From Selaginella moellendorffii (lineage: Eukaryota; Plantae; Lycopodiophyta), in the NCBI RefSeq assembly GCF_000143415.4, contig NW_003314377.1:310001-374000 (forward strand): 64,000 nt of DNA. Reading direction: 5' to 3'. This document shows, in pieces, positions 1 through 11,188 of this stretch. Within the stretch, counting starts at the first letter, position 1. Each line of letters starts with the position of its first letter. The notes below the pieces were generated by a model. It ran no database searches, was not told the DNA's origin, and worked only from the letters and a program-made list of their open reading frames with translations. Made by a program: the position numbers and the translations under genes.

Positions 1-95
1 ATCTCGAAATCCTCTCAAAGTAGGCTAAAGGAGATACTTTCTGAACTTGCCAAAAGCCTCTTCTAACACATGCTTGAGGATTAGAGAGGGCTTGG

Positions 96-430
96 GTGAG
101 TTGGCAAAGTGTAGTTTTGGTCTTTCTCTTGAAGATCATGGACCTCACTTCACTACCGCATAAAGGGATCACTGCGTTTGCTCATTGTGGCGAGGGCGAG
201 AAAGTCCTCGATGGGAGTGTGGAAGGTGACATTCCGGCCTGCGCCTACATCAGCTCCGTGAATCGCAACAAGGATTTCTTTCTTCTTGTGACAGAGGATT
301 TTAGGATCGCGCCAGGCAGGGATCACTTCGTCTGCATGATCGATATCTTCGGCCGTGGCAGGCAACTGGAGAATGCTGAGGAATTGCTGCGTGCCATGCC
401 GTTTGTGCCGGATGCTCTGGTTTGTAATGT
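96..430 (+). pseudogene. PPR (PLS/E-class) protein C-terminal fragment
   Basis: Translation contains EDFRIAPGRDHFVCMIDIFGRGRQLENAEELLRAMPFVPDALV, typical of the last PPR motifs/E domain. No intact repeat array in frame. Confidence 0.65.
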
Positions 431-638
431 TTCGGGCATTGGATCGACGTATGTGCTGGCAAATCGCTTCAAGAGAGTGTTTAAAATGGAAATTGGCGGG
501 AAAGCGATGTGTTTGTTTTTTATTCTATCTATCTGTGCTTACGAAAGTCTCCACTATCGAAAGGTGAGAGCTTTGAAAAAATAATTTATTTATATATGTA
601 ACTTAGTCAAGTCAGCCTCGCAACCTTTGGAGAAACTT

Positions 639-1304
639 TCAAGTCATGCCGATGAGCTCTCTCAGCTTCTGGATGAGACCACGGTCGTCAATCTGGAATG
701 CTTTCGCGATCACGTCGTCATTGATTGGAGGATTGGAATCAAACACCGCCTTGGCCACCTGAGTCGCCCCGGGGTTTTGGCTGTTGAAGCCAGCCATCGC
801 AACCGCAGGCTCCTTTCCAACGTTGAGCTGGAAGTGAACGAGTCCCCGAGGGAAGACGAACAGATCTCCGGGATAGAGCATTTGGGCGAAGAGCTTGTTG
901 TCCGGCAAGGTGGTGACGAATCCGACTAAGAGGTTCCCATGCACGAGGAAGAGCAGCTCGGATCCTCGGGGATGGACGTGGGGGGGATTGGTGCCGCCGG
1001 GAGCATAGTCAACGCGGGCAAAAGCTACACCAAAGGTGTTGAGACCGGGGAAATTGTTGACACTCGCCAGCGTGACGTTGGAGCCGAGCTTGTTGTCGGT
1101 GTTCCCGGGAGTCGCCAGCAGGCTCGACTTGAAGTCCTCGGCTTTCACATCAGCGGCCGCCTTGCAGACCACGCCGTTTACTTTGATCTTGGAGCCATTG
1201 TCTGCAACGCAAAAGTCCTGCAGCATATCTTCATCCGCGGCATGCACAAACAAGATGGAGCTGATTGCTAGGAGGAAGGATAGAACAAAACGAAGATGAG
1301 CCAT
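639..1304 (-). CDS. Germin-like protein (cupin), secreted, intronless
   Basis: Signal peptide MAHLRFVLSFLLAISSILFVHA, LQDFCVAD box, and Mn-ligand motifs NPPHVHPRGSE and FPRGLVHFQ. A TATAAAA overlaps the upstream ATG at 1355, so the start is placed at 1304. Confidence 0.93.
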   Translation of the reverse strand: MAHLRFVLSFLLAISSILFVHAADEDMLQDFCVADNGSKIKVNGVVCKAAADVKAEDFKSSLLATPGNTDNKLGSNVTLASVNNFPGLNTFGVAFARVDYAPGGTNPPHVHPRGSELLFLVHGNLLVGFVTTLPDNKLFAQMLYPGDLFVFPRGLVHFQLNVGKEPAVAMAGFNSQNPGATQVAKAVFDSNPPINDDVIAKAFQIDDRGLIQKLRELIGMT

Positions 1305-2574
1305 CTTGCGAGCTTGGAAAAGACTGATGGAGCTATATGAGGGAGGGGCAGGCATTTTATAGCCGGAGGAGGGGAGGCGAGGTCCTTTGGACGACTTCGT
1401 CGTGAATCGTGCACGATTTTAGGTACACGGTCTTCTCTTCCCTTCTATTTCATTTTTTACTCTTGCTGTCCGCGTAACACAATCTGATTTGTTTGCTGCC
1501 AAGTCGTCTCAGAAGTTTTCTTCTACCGGCTTGTCTAGAGCCGTCAAAATCATCTTTTCTGTGTGTAGATAATGACGACCTTGGTTTTGATGGTAGGAAC
1601 CGGTCTCAGTGAAACTCGAGTTTTACAAGGTCTTACACTAAATTGCTTTATTCTTCTTAGCACCAGAGACTTTTTATGTGTGGAGTTTTAACGGAATTAT
1701 GGGTATAGTATGGTTATCAATTTTGTAGACAACTGTGTTGTCAGAAGGATACCTACTCACATAGTCAATAGCCATTGTGATTATTGTTTGCATCATTGCC
1801 AAGGACAAAATAGAATGTTTATTGAAATTGTTTTAGAAAAGAAAAGGTTTATTAAATGAAAAGTGACCTAAAGCTAATCAATAAAACTGTAATATGATAT
1901 AATAATTAATAAAATCATATTTTTATCATAGATTTATTTCTATTTTACTACATTCTACAACCATTCCTTATTGATAAGGGCTGCCACTTTATTAATCAAT
2001 TTAATGCAATAAACTTATGATATTGGAAAGTTTTATAATTTGTTAGTTAGAACGACAAAACTGTTATTTAATTAAAAATTAATGTATATAACTTAGTTAT
2101 ATTCAAGAGTAAAGATATTACAATTCAGATTTAAATAACAAAAAATTGATAAATACATTCTTATAAAAGTTACAACAAAAATAGTCATTATAATCCAGTA
2201 AAAAAATTATTATTTATTTTTTAATTTTTTTCCTTATTATAGATATAAAAAACAAACAAATAATACTAGTTGTAAAAAATTATTAAAATTAAAAATTAAA
2301 AATTATTCTTATTGTGTGAGTGCTTGGAATATAGAAAGGGAATATAAAAAATGTGCATATTAATTAGCCCAAAAACCCTAATTTATATACAAGAGTGAGT
2401 GGTTCAAATTGAAACCAATCTGATGGTTACCAAAATCCTACTACTCTAATATTAGTATATAGCATTGTAGCCATACATTTGGCCCTCACATCATCCCCTC
2501 CTTTCGGAATAATGGAAAACCATCAGGGTTTTTTTGTAGACAGGCTAAGATCTAAAGAAATGTCAGGAGGAGGC

Positions 2575-4214
2575 TGTAAGCGACTAAATTTTCCATTCTA
2601 CTTTAGTCACTTAACCACACCTCCGACCACTTGGAGGAGTCTCATTCACAACCTCCATCAGTCCAATTCAGGACTTGGGACTTGCTAGCCCCAAGAATGG
2701 CATCCATGCCACTCCACACTTGCACCTGGTCCAAGTGCTCCACGTGTCCGGTCCTGAGACCGACACCCAAAGGTACCACTAACATCTCGGCCCGTTACGC
2801 TAAGGCCATGGCCATTCACCTTTACTGCACTAGTGGTTCAACACCACTTGCATCACCACCCCGTCTCTCCAAGACTGGGCCATGTGTCCACGAGTGGTCA
2901 TCCTAGATCCACTCCTTAGCATCCTTAGGATGCCCACAGACCTGGGGAGCTGCCTTCCCCAAAGTCCCTTTGTCAGTTCCTACCAAGTCCCTTTCTGCCC
3001 CTGGCCGTGTTTGCCAACACTGCCACTGGATCGAGGCCCACAGGCACGACCACTAAGTCCCACGGTCCTCTGGGACTTCCTCACCACATGACTGTGTCCT
3101 TGGTCACTACCCCAGAGGACTGCTCCTCTTCCTTTCCACAGTCTGGGCCTTTGGGACAACATTTCGGAACACCGTGGCCTTACGCGAGCCACCTGGGTAC
3201 TCTCCCCATCTATCGCCTTTAGGTGCTCTAGCCATGGGCTTAGAGCGGGTTCCGTTGAGCCACACCAGGTATCCAAGTAGGTAGTGCCACCCACACTTGG
3301 ACTGGGAGCATCGGCCAGTCGATCTCCCGGGGGAACTAGAGCCGGCTCTTGAACACTTCACCAAGCTACCCCGCTTGTCGGTCCGTGTTCACTCTAGTCT
3401 TGGACTTCCCAGTGGGCAGCTCATCACCCAACACTGGGTCCGGCCTTCCTGGGCCAAACTGGCCTTTCCTGGCCAAACTGGCTCCACTGCAGTCCTCCCC
3501 CTACTATACTTTTGGGGCTCACCAAACCCCCCAGGGTCTGGGAGACGAACGCTTTGGGCTTTCACCCTCTCAGGCTCCGGACTCGGACTCGGACTCGGAC
3601 TCGGACTCGGACTCGGATTCGGACTCGGACTCGGGCTCGGGTTCGGGCTCGGTCTTGGCCTCGGCCTCGGTCTCGGTCCCGATCTCGGTCTCGGTCTCGG
3701 TCTCAGTCTCGGTCCCGGTCTCCGTCTCGACTTCGGACTCCATCTCGGACTCCATCTCGGACTCCATCTCGGGTCCATCTCGGACTCCATCTCGGACTCC
3801 ATCTCGGGTCCATCTCGGACTCCATCTCGGACTCCATCTTGGACTCCATCTCGGACTCCACTTCGGACTCCAACTCGGGTCCATCTCGGGTCCACCTCGG
3901 ACTCCAACTCGAGTCCATCTCGGACTCCACTTCGGACTCCAACTCGAGTCCATCTCGGACTCCAACTCGAGTCCATTTCGGACACTCCCACGTGTCATGT
4001 GTTGGTCCTTTTGGGTCCCTTTTTGGAGCCTCGCCTTTTGCTCGCTTCGTGCTCGTTCCTCGAGCACTTCGTTGGGAGTTCCACTCCCGCTCTTGACTTT
4101 TCAAGTCGGAGCTTTTGGTCCAAACGTGTTACGCTCGTTTGGCTCTCGCTTCGGCCACTACCATGTGGCGCCCTTCCGGCTCCACTTTGGGGCCTAGGGA
4201 TTTTGTGTCTCACA
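2575..4214 (-). repeat. 3' LTR of element B (1640 bp) with (GGACTC)n/(GGTCTC)n and 11/12-bp CTCCATCTCGGA arrays at ~3578-3985
   Basis: Direct repeat of 8276-10007. ORF-track peptides outside the arrays are identical between the two LTRs. Confidence 0.95.
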
Positions 4215-7200
4215 ACTCCACCACCCATAGACGAAGTTCGATGTCCTCATCGAATGGTAAACCCTTTCATAAAGTAACACCCACACGTGTTACCATTTCC
4301 ATCCTTGGCACCTAGCCAATCTTTGTCTATGGTTTGACATCAAAGGCTCACCATGCCTTGTCCATCCTTTAAGGGGCGTAGTCTCTCCAACTTAGAGACT
4401 GATTGGACCACATGTAATGGTTCTCCCCTTTTATTGGTTTAGTTCTCGCTAAACCTCTTAGAGACCCTTCTCTAAGTCAATCCCACTACTCCTTCTCGAG
4501 TAGTCTCAATTTCCATCTATTGAATGTTTGCACCTTGGAACTTTTACTCTTTTGACTTTTTGGAAGTCAATTTTCTAGGTGTCTCCAAAACCTTGCATTG
4601 CACAGATTGTGCAACTCCACTTCCCTATCCTAGGAAGTTCATTACTTGAGGGCACCATCATCCTCTCTTCTATTTCGTGCCACCTTGGGCAAAGTTCCAT
4701 TTATCATACTTTGTGCTAGGGCTGTCCATGGCCCTATCATTTGGCTACCTTACCGCTCCCTCACTTGGAGCCTTTACTTCGCCAAATTGGAGCACTTAGG
4801 GATCCGTCCTTGAAAGTCCGCTTCCTTTCCCACAAGCTGTTAGCATCGAACACATTAGTGTTCCTTGGCTAACTTTGCCATTTGGATCCCTTCCATTAAA
4901 TTTCATGGCCCAAACTTTGGCCACTAGTCCTTTGCTCCTATCCTTGATTGTTGCACCCAGCAACATCGGATCGCTACCTCCATTTTTGAGGTATCCTTTC
5001 GGTTCCATAGCAAAGACTCTTCTTTGCCAAGTCCGGAGGATGTTCACCCCTAGTATGTCTCTTTAGCATATTCTGCTATGGGCTCTATCCATGGCCCAAC
5101 TTTGTGACCCTCCCATGGGTCTTTTATAGAGACTACTTTCCTCGGACTTACTATGCCATCGGACGGACATAGTTTATTTCCCTTAGGTGCTCTTCCCACT
5201 TGGTCATCACGACCAAGCCACACCATCTTAAACAGTTCAATTTCAACATTTTGAACCAGGAACTTCATTCCTTAGCCAACCAAGGACCTTGTCCTTATCT
5301 GGCCATAAGATCACCTAGTGATCTCACCTTGGCACCTCAACAGAGTTGCCAAGAGGTACTTGGTCTTCTAGACCTCCAAGTTGTTGACTATAACCCCGGG
5401 GGCATCCCCCACACTTGGCGGTGCACCCAAGCTAGCCCTTACGGCCAAGGGTTCATAGCAACTGAGATTAGGTGTCCCCATCTCACTCACCACGACCTTG
5501 GTGCCACTTGCACCAAAGCGTTCAAGTTAGATATGCCGAGCTTTCACACTAAGCAATCTAACCGTGCATCACGACTCCGAGGCATCCCTCGCTTGGCGGT
5601 GTGCCCAAACCAGTCTCCCCACTGAGAGTCCATGACCACCGAAATATGAGTGTCCTCATATTCCAAACCATCACCACGCCCTAGTGATTTGGGACTCGAA
5701 CCCAAGCACTAGAGGGTCGGGACTCGAACCCAACCTCCGTATATGCATCTACGGACGGCATCACACTAGATGCCTGGCGTGACTCCCCACGCCGGTGCAC
5801 CAACCTATTTTTAAAGCGCGCTACAGATCACAGCTTAGGAACCTAGTTCCTCCACACTACCAAGTCCTCTCACTTGACATGTCTGTGATCATGCATGGAC
5901 TCCTCCATGCTCGGCCCCATGGCCCACCCTTTTTGAAGTTATCACCTTCAACTAGGGTCTTTGTTCCCCCGATGTGCCAATCTCACTTGGCAAGTTCTCC
6001 GACCATTGTAACATGGTTCCTGCATAAGCGTGAAAGTCCTTGACCATCGACTTTCGTTCAAAGCCCTTTCTTTGAACACTCGGGAACTACTTCCCTAACC
6101 TTGATAACCTTGCCTCATGGCAAGCTTCAAGACCACGCTTCTGCTGCGCCACTCTGATTTCGCGCGTTCCATGAACCATTTACACTTGGCCTTTCTAGGT
6201 ACTACGCTACCTAGAATTGTCTTTGGGAACCTTGAAGGAACTCTGTCCCTCAGCTTGCTAAGGCCTCCCCTTTCGCAAGCTTTATAGTTGCCATATAGTC
6301 TAACATGGACAATTCCATATTTTAGACTCTCTATGGCATCACGGTTGCTAGCAACAACATCCTCGAGCACCCTCTTGATTCTCCACTCCCAACTTTCATA
6401 ACCACTATTGGATATGCCCTTTGATTTCTATGGTTCAGTTCCATCCCAACACTACTTGCCTTTGGCTTCACACCTTTCCTTCGGTCATTCTCCTCCAGAC
6501 CAGGAGGATAGCTTTGCACTTTCTATCATGCCTTAGCAAGTATTCTTAGGGATGAACCTACCCAATAGCCCAGGGAGTGGTTCCTCAATCCGGGTATGCT
6601 CAGCTTATAATCCCACACACTGGGGTTACGTTGTTGCTTATGGGCCTTTACATGCCCATCACTAGCCTTGCCAAAATTCCATTTTTGGCTTTGTCCAACT
6701 TGGGTAGACAGTCCTCTCCTATCTCCGCAACCTTGGACATTTGGATAGCACCTTCTATCCATCATTCGCTAGGGACTTAGTCCCTTGGGCTTTATCCATT
6801 GCCTTCGCGACATCAAACACCACCTTCTGGTGTTCTAGAGTGTTCGGGTGTCCCAATGATGGCTTTCTTGACAATGAGTATTTCCTTTTATGACATTGAC
6901 TTACTATATCGCAACATAAGCAACTTATCCCCCGTAAGGGTATATCCGACTTCCCTATACTAGAAGTCTTGGGTAGCTACTTTCTACCCGTTTAACCAGT
7001 TATTTTGCACCTTTTGCTTAGTTGCCTCATAGTTGTCAAGTCCTACAACTCATTGCTTGGTGCTTTCACACCTCCATCACTATCTGGGTCACCACACTCC
7101 AACTGCATGCTCTACAGCTTAGGCTATGCCATTCCCATTTCCATTGGGATTCCTTTGGCAAGGGGTTCTCATGAACCCACCAACATAGCCTCAAGGTATC

Positions 7201-8275
7201 ACACCTTAGCACATTTGGTGCCTCCACACCATCGGCTCCACGAGCCTACCTCTATGACATTTCCCTTCGTGTCTAAGTCTTTGCCAAGACCAACACCGCT
7301 CTTTCTCATGCCAACCATCTGTTAGCACTGCCCCATAGAGGTCACACACAACTTTATGTCAAAGTTGTTTTCTTCTGGGAACACCTTTCCCATAACTTTA
7401 GCATGGCACATTTTGCCATTGATGAGATACTCTCTGTTCTCATCCTTGGATCCTATGATCCCCCCCCCATCCTTTGTGGGGTACAACGCACCTCAGTCCA
7501 AATGCTTCATTCAGTCCTTTTTAGGACCATCCCTTGACTCTACTTGAGTCGTCTAGCAGTTTTGGACTTGGTTAATCCACCGACCTGTAAGGTCCTACTT
7601 GTGAGGCACTAGCTCACTGAAATACACATCTTGCATTCCGGTCCTACTCAAAAGGACTATTTTCACAAGTGTTACTCCGACACTTGATTTTGTTCTCTGG
7701 GGGCAACCTTTGCCCCTTAGGACTACTTGTCCATGTGATGAGAATACCAACTCATCCACTTAATACACCCCCAACTCCTTGGGTTGTTCCAGCATTTATT
7801 AGAGGTAGCCCCGGCCACCATTTCAAGGACTTGAGTCCTCTTCCGTATTTGACCTTCCACGGTCATTACCTTTGGTCTCACATTCATGAGCACCAACCTC
7901 AACTATATGAGGATAATCTTGTGACTCCTTTATTGTTTTGGAGTCTCTATCTTTCCCGTGATCCCAACTTTAGTTGTTTACCACAACAACCTAAGCCAAT
8001 TTGCTGAGACAAATGCTCATCCAGATCACATCCTCAACTCAATGAGGAAAACCTTGCACTGTTCCCAAGATCCCAAAGTCGTTCCATTATTGGCCCTTTT
8101 CTATCCACCACCTCGTCTACAAGTTCACACATGAACTGTAATGGAGAGCCATGTCTTCCAGACTTGCTACTCCTCAAGGATAGGCCCACTCCTCGGACCT
8201 TCCGATGCCAACACTAGTGGTGATATACTTGAACACCAATAAAAGTCGGACTAAGGAACAGCTCCGATACCAAAT

Positions 8276-10007
8276 TGTAAGCGACTAAATTTTCCATTCT
8301 ACTTTAGTCACTTAACCACACCTCCGACCACTTGGAGGAGTCTCATTCACAACCTCCATCAGTCCAATTCAGGACTTGGGACTTGCTAGCCCCAAGAATG
8401 GCATCCATGCCACTCCACACTTGCACCTGGTCCAAGTGCTCCACGTGTCCGGTCCTGAGACCGACACCCAAAGGTACCACTAACATCTCGGCCCGTTACG
8501 CTAAGGCCATGGCCATTCACCTTTACTGCACTAGTGGTTCAACACCACTTGCATCACCACCCCGTCTCTCCAAGACTGGGCCATGTGTCCACGAGTGGTC
8601 ATCCTAGATCCACTCCTTAGCATCCTTAGGATGCCCACAGACCTGGGGAGCTGCCTTCCCCAAAGTCCCTTTGTCAGTTCCTACCAAGTCCCTTTCTGCC
8701 CCTGGCCGTGTTTGCCAACACTGCCACTGGATCGAGGCCCACAGGCACGACCACTAAGTCCCACGGTCCTCTGGGACTTCCTCACCACATGACTGTGTCC
8801 TTGGTCACTACCCCAGAGGACTGCTCCTCTTCCTTTCCACAGTCTGGGCCTTTGGGACAACATTTCGGAACACCGTGGCCTTACGCGAGCCACCTGGGTA
8901 CTCTCCCCATCTATCGCCTTTAGGTGCTCTAGCCATGGGCTTAGAGCGGGTTCCGTTGAGCCACACCAGGTATCCAAGTAGGTAGTGCCACCCACACTTG
9001 GACTGGGAGCATCGGCCAGTCGATCTCCCGGGGGAACTAGAGCCGGCTCTTGAACACTTCACCAAGCTACCCCGCTTGTCGGTCCGTGTTCACTCTAGTC
9101 TTGGACTTCCCAGTGGGCAGCTCATCACCCAACACTGGGTCCGGCCTTCCTGGGCCAAACTGGCCTTTCCTGGCCAAACTGGCTCCACTGCAGTCCTCCC
9201 CCTACTATACTTTTGGGGCTCACCAAACCCCCCAGGGTCTGGGAGACGAACGCTTTGGGCTTTCACCCTCTCAGGCTCCGGACTCGGACTCGGACTCGGA
9301 CTCGGACTCGGACTCGGATTCGGACTCGGACTCGGGCTCGGGCTCGGTCTCGGCCTCGGCCTCGGTCTCGGTCTCGGTCCCGATCTCGGTCTCGGTCTCG
9401 GTCCCGGTCTCGGTCCCGGTCTCCGTCTCGACTTCGGACTCCATCTCGGACTCCATCTCGGACTCCATCTCGGGTCCATCTCGGACTCCATCTCGGACTC
9501 CATCTCGGGTCCATCTCGGGTCCACCTCGGACTCCATCTCGGACTCCATCTCGGGTCCATCTCGGACTCCACTTCGGACTCCAACTCGGGTCCATCTCGG
9601 GTCCACCTCGGACTCCATCTCGGACTCCATCTTGGACTCCATCTCGGACTCCACTTCGGACTCCAACTCGGGTCCATCTCGGGTCCACCTCGGACTCCAA
9701 CTCGAGTCCATCTCGGACTCCACTTCGGACTCCAACTCGAGTCCATCTCGGACTCCAACTCGAGTCCATTTCGGACACTCCCACGTGTCATGTGTTGGTC
9801 CTTTTGGGTCCCTTTTTGGAGCCTCGCCTTTTGCTCGCTTCGTGCTCGTTCCTCGAGCACTTCGTTGGGAGTTCCACTCCCGCTCTTGACTTTTCAAGTC
9901 GGAGCTTTTGGTCCAAACGTGTTACGCTCGTTTGGCTCTCGCTTCGGCCACTACCATGTGGCGCCCTTCCGGCTCCACTTTGGGGCCTAGGGATTTTGTG
10001 TCTCACA
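8276..10007 (-). repeat. 5' LTR of element B (1732 bp) with expanded minisatellite at ~9279-9778
   Basis: Adjacent to the PBS. 92 bp longer than the 3' LTR, and the difference lies in the tandem array. Confidence 0.95.
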
Positions 10008-11188
10008 GAGGCATTGGCAGGCCTGTAGGTGGTATTAATTGCTCTTCCTTTTGTATAAAGCATTTCAACCGTTGCACATGCACAATCTTTGGAGGATCGG
10101 CCACAATACCCGATACAGTCCTTTTTATTGTGCAAGGAGCCTCTTAGATAAACCACGTACTGTAAGATGGGGAAAACAGATTAACACTAAATCATCCACT
10201 TTGTACTCCACAGGTGGATGATGATGGGAGTTGTAGTGTCGTTGTTGTCCCATTTGTACGTGACTTAAGTGTTTGGTAGACTTTGCTCGGACAAGTGGAA
10301 GAATGCTCATTAAATACTAATCCCACGACTTAGCATCAGTAGTTCGTGGCAATTGCGAGGGTAAATTTAGCTCCGTTAGTAATATTGAATTATGACTATA
10401 TATGAGTTTATATGGTGAACCACCAATACAACTCTGCACCCTTGTGATATATGCATACCAAAGAGATGGCAAATAACCATCCAAATCCAAATATTGAAGT
10501 GATCGAACCAATGGTACACATCATCCCTAAGATTCCCGTGAAAGAATTCTAGTTGAACGCAAGGATTGGCACCAAGAGTAGGAGGAGTTGTGCCATGAAT
10601 GCTACCATCAACTAAGTTTGGTTGTTTAATTGCAAGCACATAGCATCAAGCAATTGTACCAACTGTTGCTCCAGAGTCAAAGGAGGAGATTGCTAATCTG
10701 CCATGAAGATGAACGAAAAAGAAAGAGTAAAGAAGAGAAATGACAAAAAACTAAAAGGAAATGGTAGATCTAGACAATGCAAAATGCTAAATTTAAACCA
10801 AAATCTTGAAAGAAAAGAACAAAAGAAAAGAAATGGAAAAACGTAGATCAAGATGATGCAAAAGCTAAATTTAAACTAAAATCCCAAATCCAAGCACTTC
10901 TTAGGGACAATCAAAAGTGCTCCTCACCTCCACCAATGTGAGTACTTAGAATATAGAAAGGGAATACAAAAAATGTGCATATAAATTAGCTAAAAACCCT
11001 AGTTTATATATAGAAGCGAATGGTTCAAATTAAAACCAATCCGATGGCTACTAAAATCCCACTATACTAATATTAACATACGGCATCGTAGCCGTACACT
11101 TGGCTCTCACAATTGCTTTTATAAATAAATACTTTATAATTTATTTTTAAGTGTGTTTAGACTATTTGTTATAAGGTTTTATAAACAT

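Larger units (their letters stand above)
2575..10007 (-). mobile_element. Young non-autonomous LTR retrotransposon (B) with long minisatellite-bearing LTRs and decayed pol
   Basis: LTRs 2575-4214 and 8276-10007 (TGTAAG...CTCACA). 5-bp TSD GAGGC at 2570-2574 and 10008-10012. iMet-type PBS TGGTATCGGAGC (minus) at 8261-8272. PPT-like tract at 4215-4230. Internal 4 kb holds only RNaseH/integrase-like remnants. Confidence 0.95.
2315..11111 (-). mobile_element. Internally deleted short-LTR Ty3/gypsy element (A1), host of a nested insertion
   Basis: LTRs 2315-2490 and 10937-11111 (TG...CA). 4-bp TSD ATTG at 2311-2314 and 11112-11115. PPT at 2491-2505. PBS TGGTGGAGGTG (minus) at ~10925-10935. Gag start is fused to the integrase tail. 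Confidence 0.9.

Noticed and set aside
3735-3985. Regular repeat array as a possible CRISPR
   Set aside because: Head-to-tail units without unique spacers, in a eukaryotic LTR context with no cas genes.
3297-4277. Long overlapping ORFs in many frames (SDSDSD, GLGLGL, RTRTRS, PSRTPS), also at 8998-10028, 56676-57435 and 62354-63866
   Set aside because: Products of stop-free 6/11/12-bp repeats inside LTRs. Frames shift between copies. Not SR, extensin or Sdr-like proteins.
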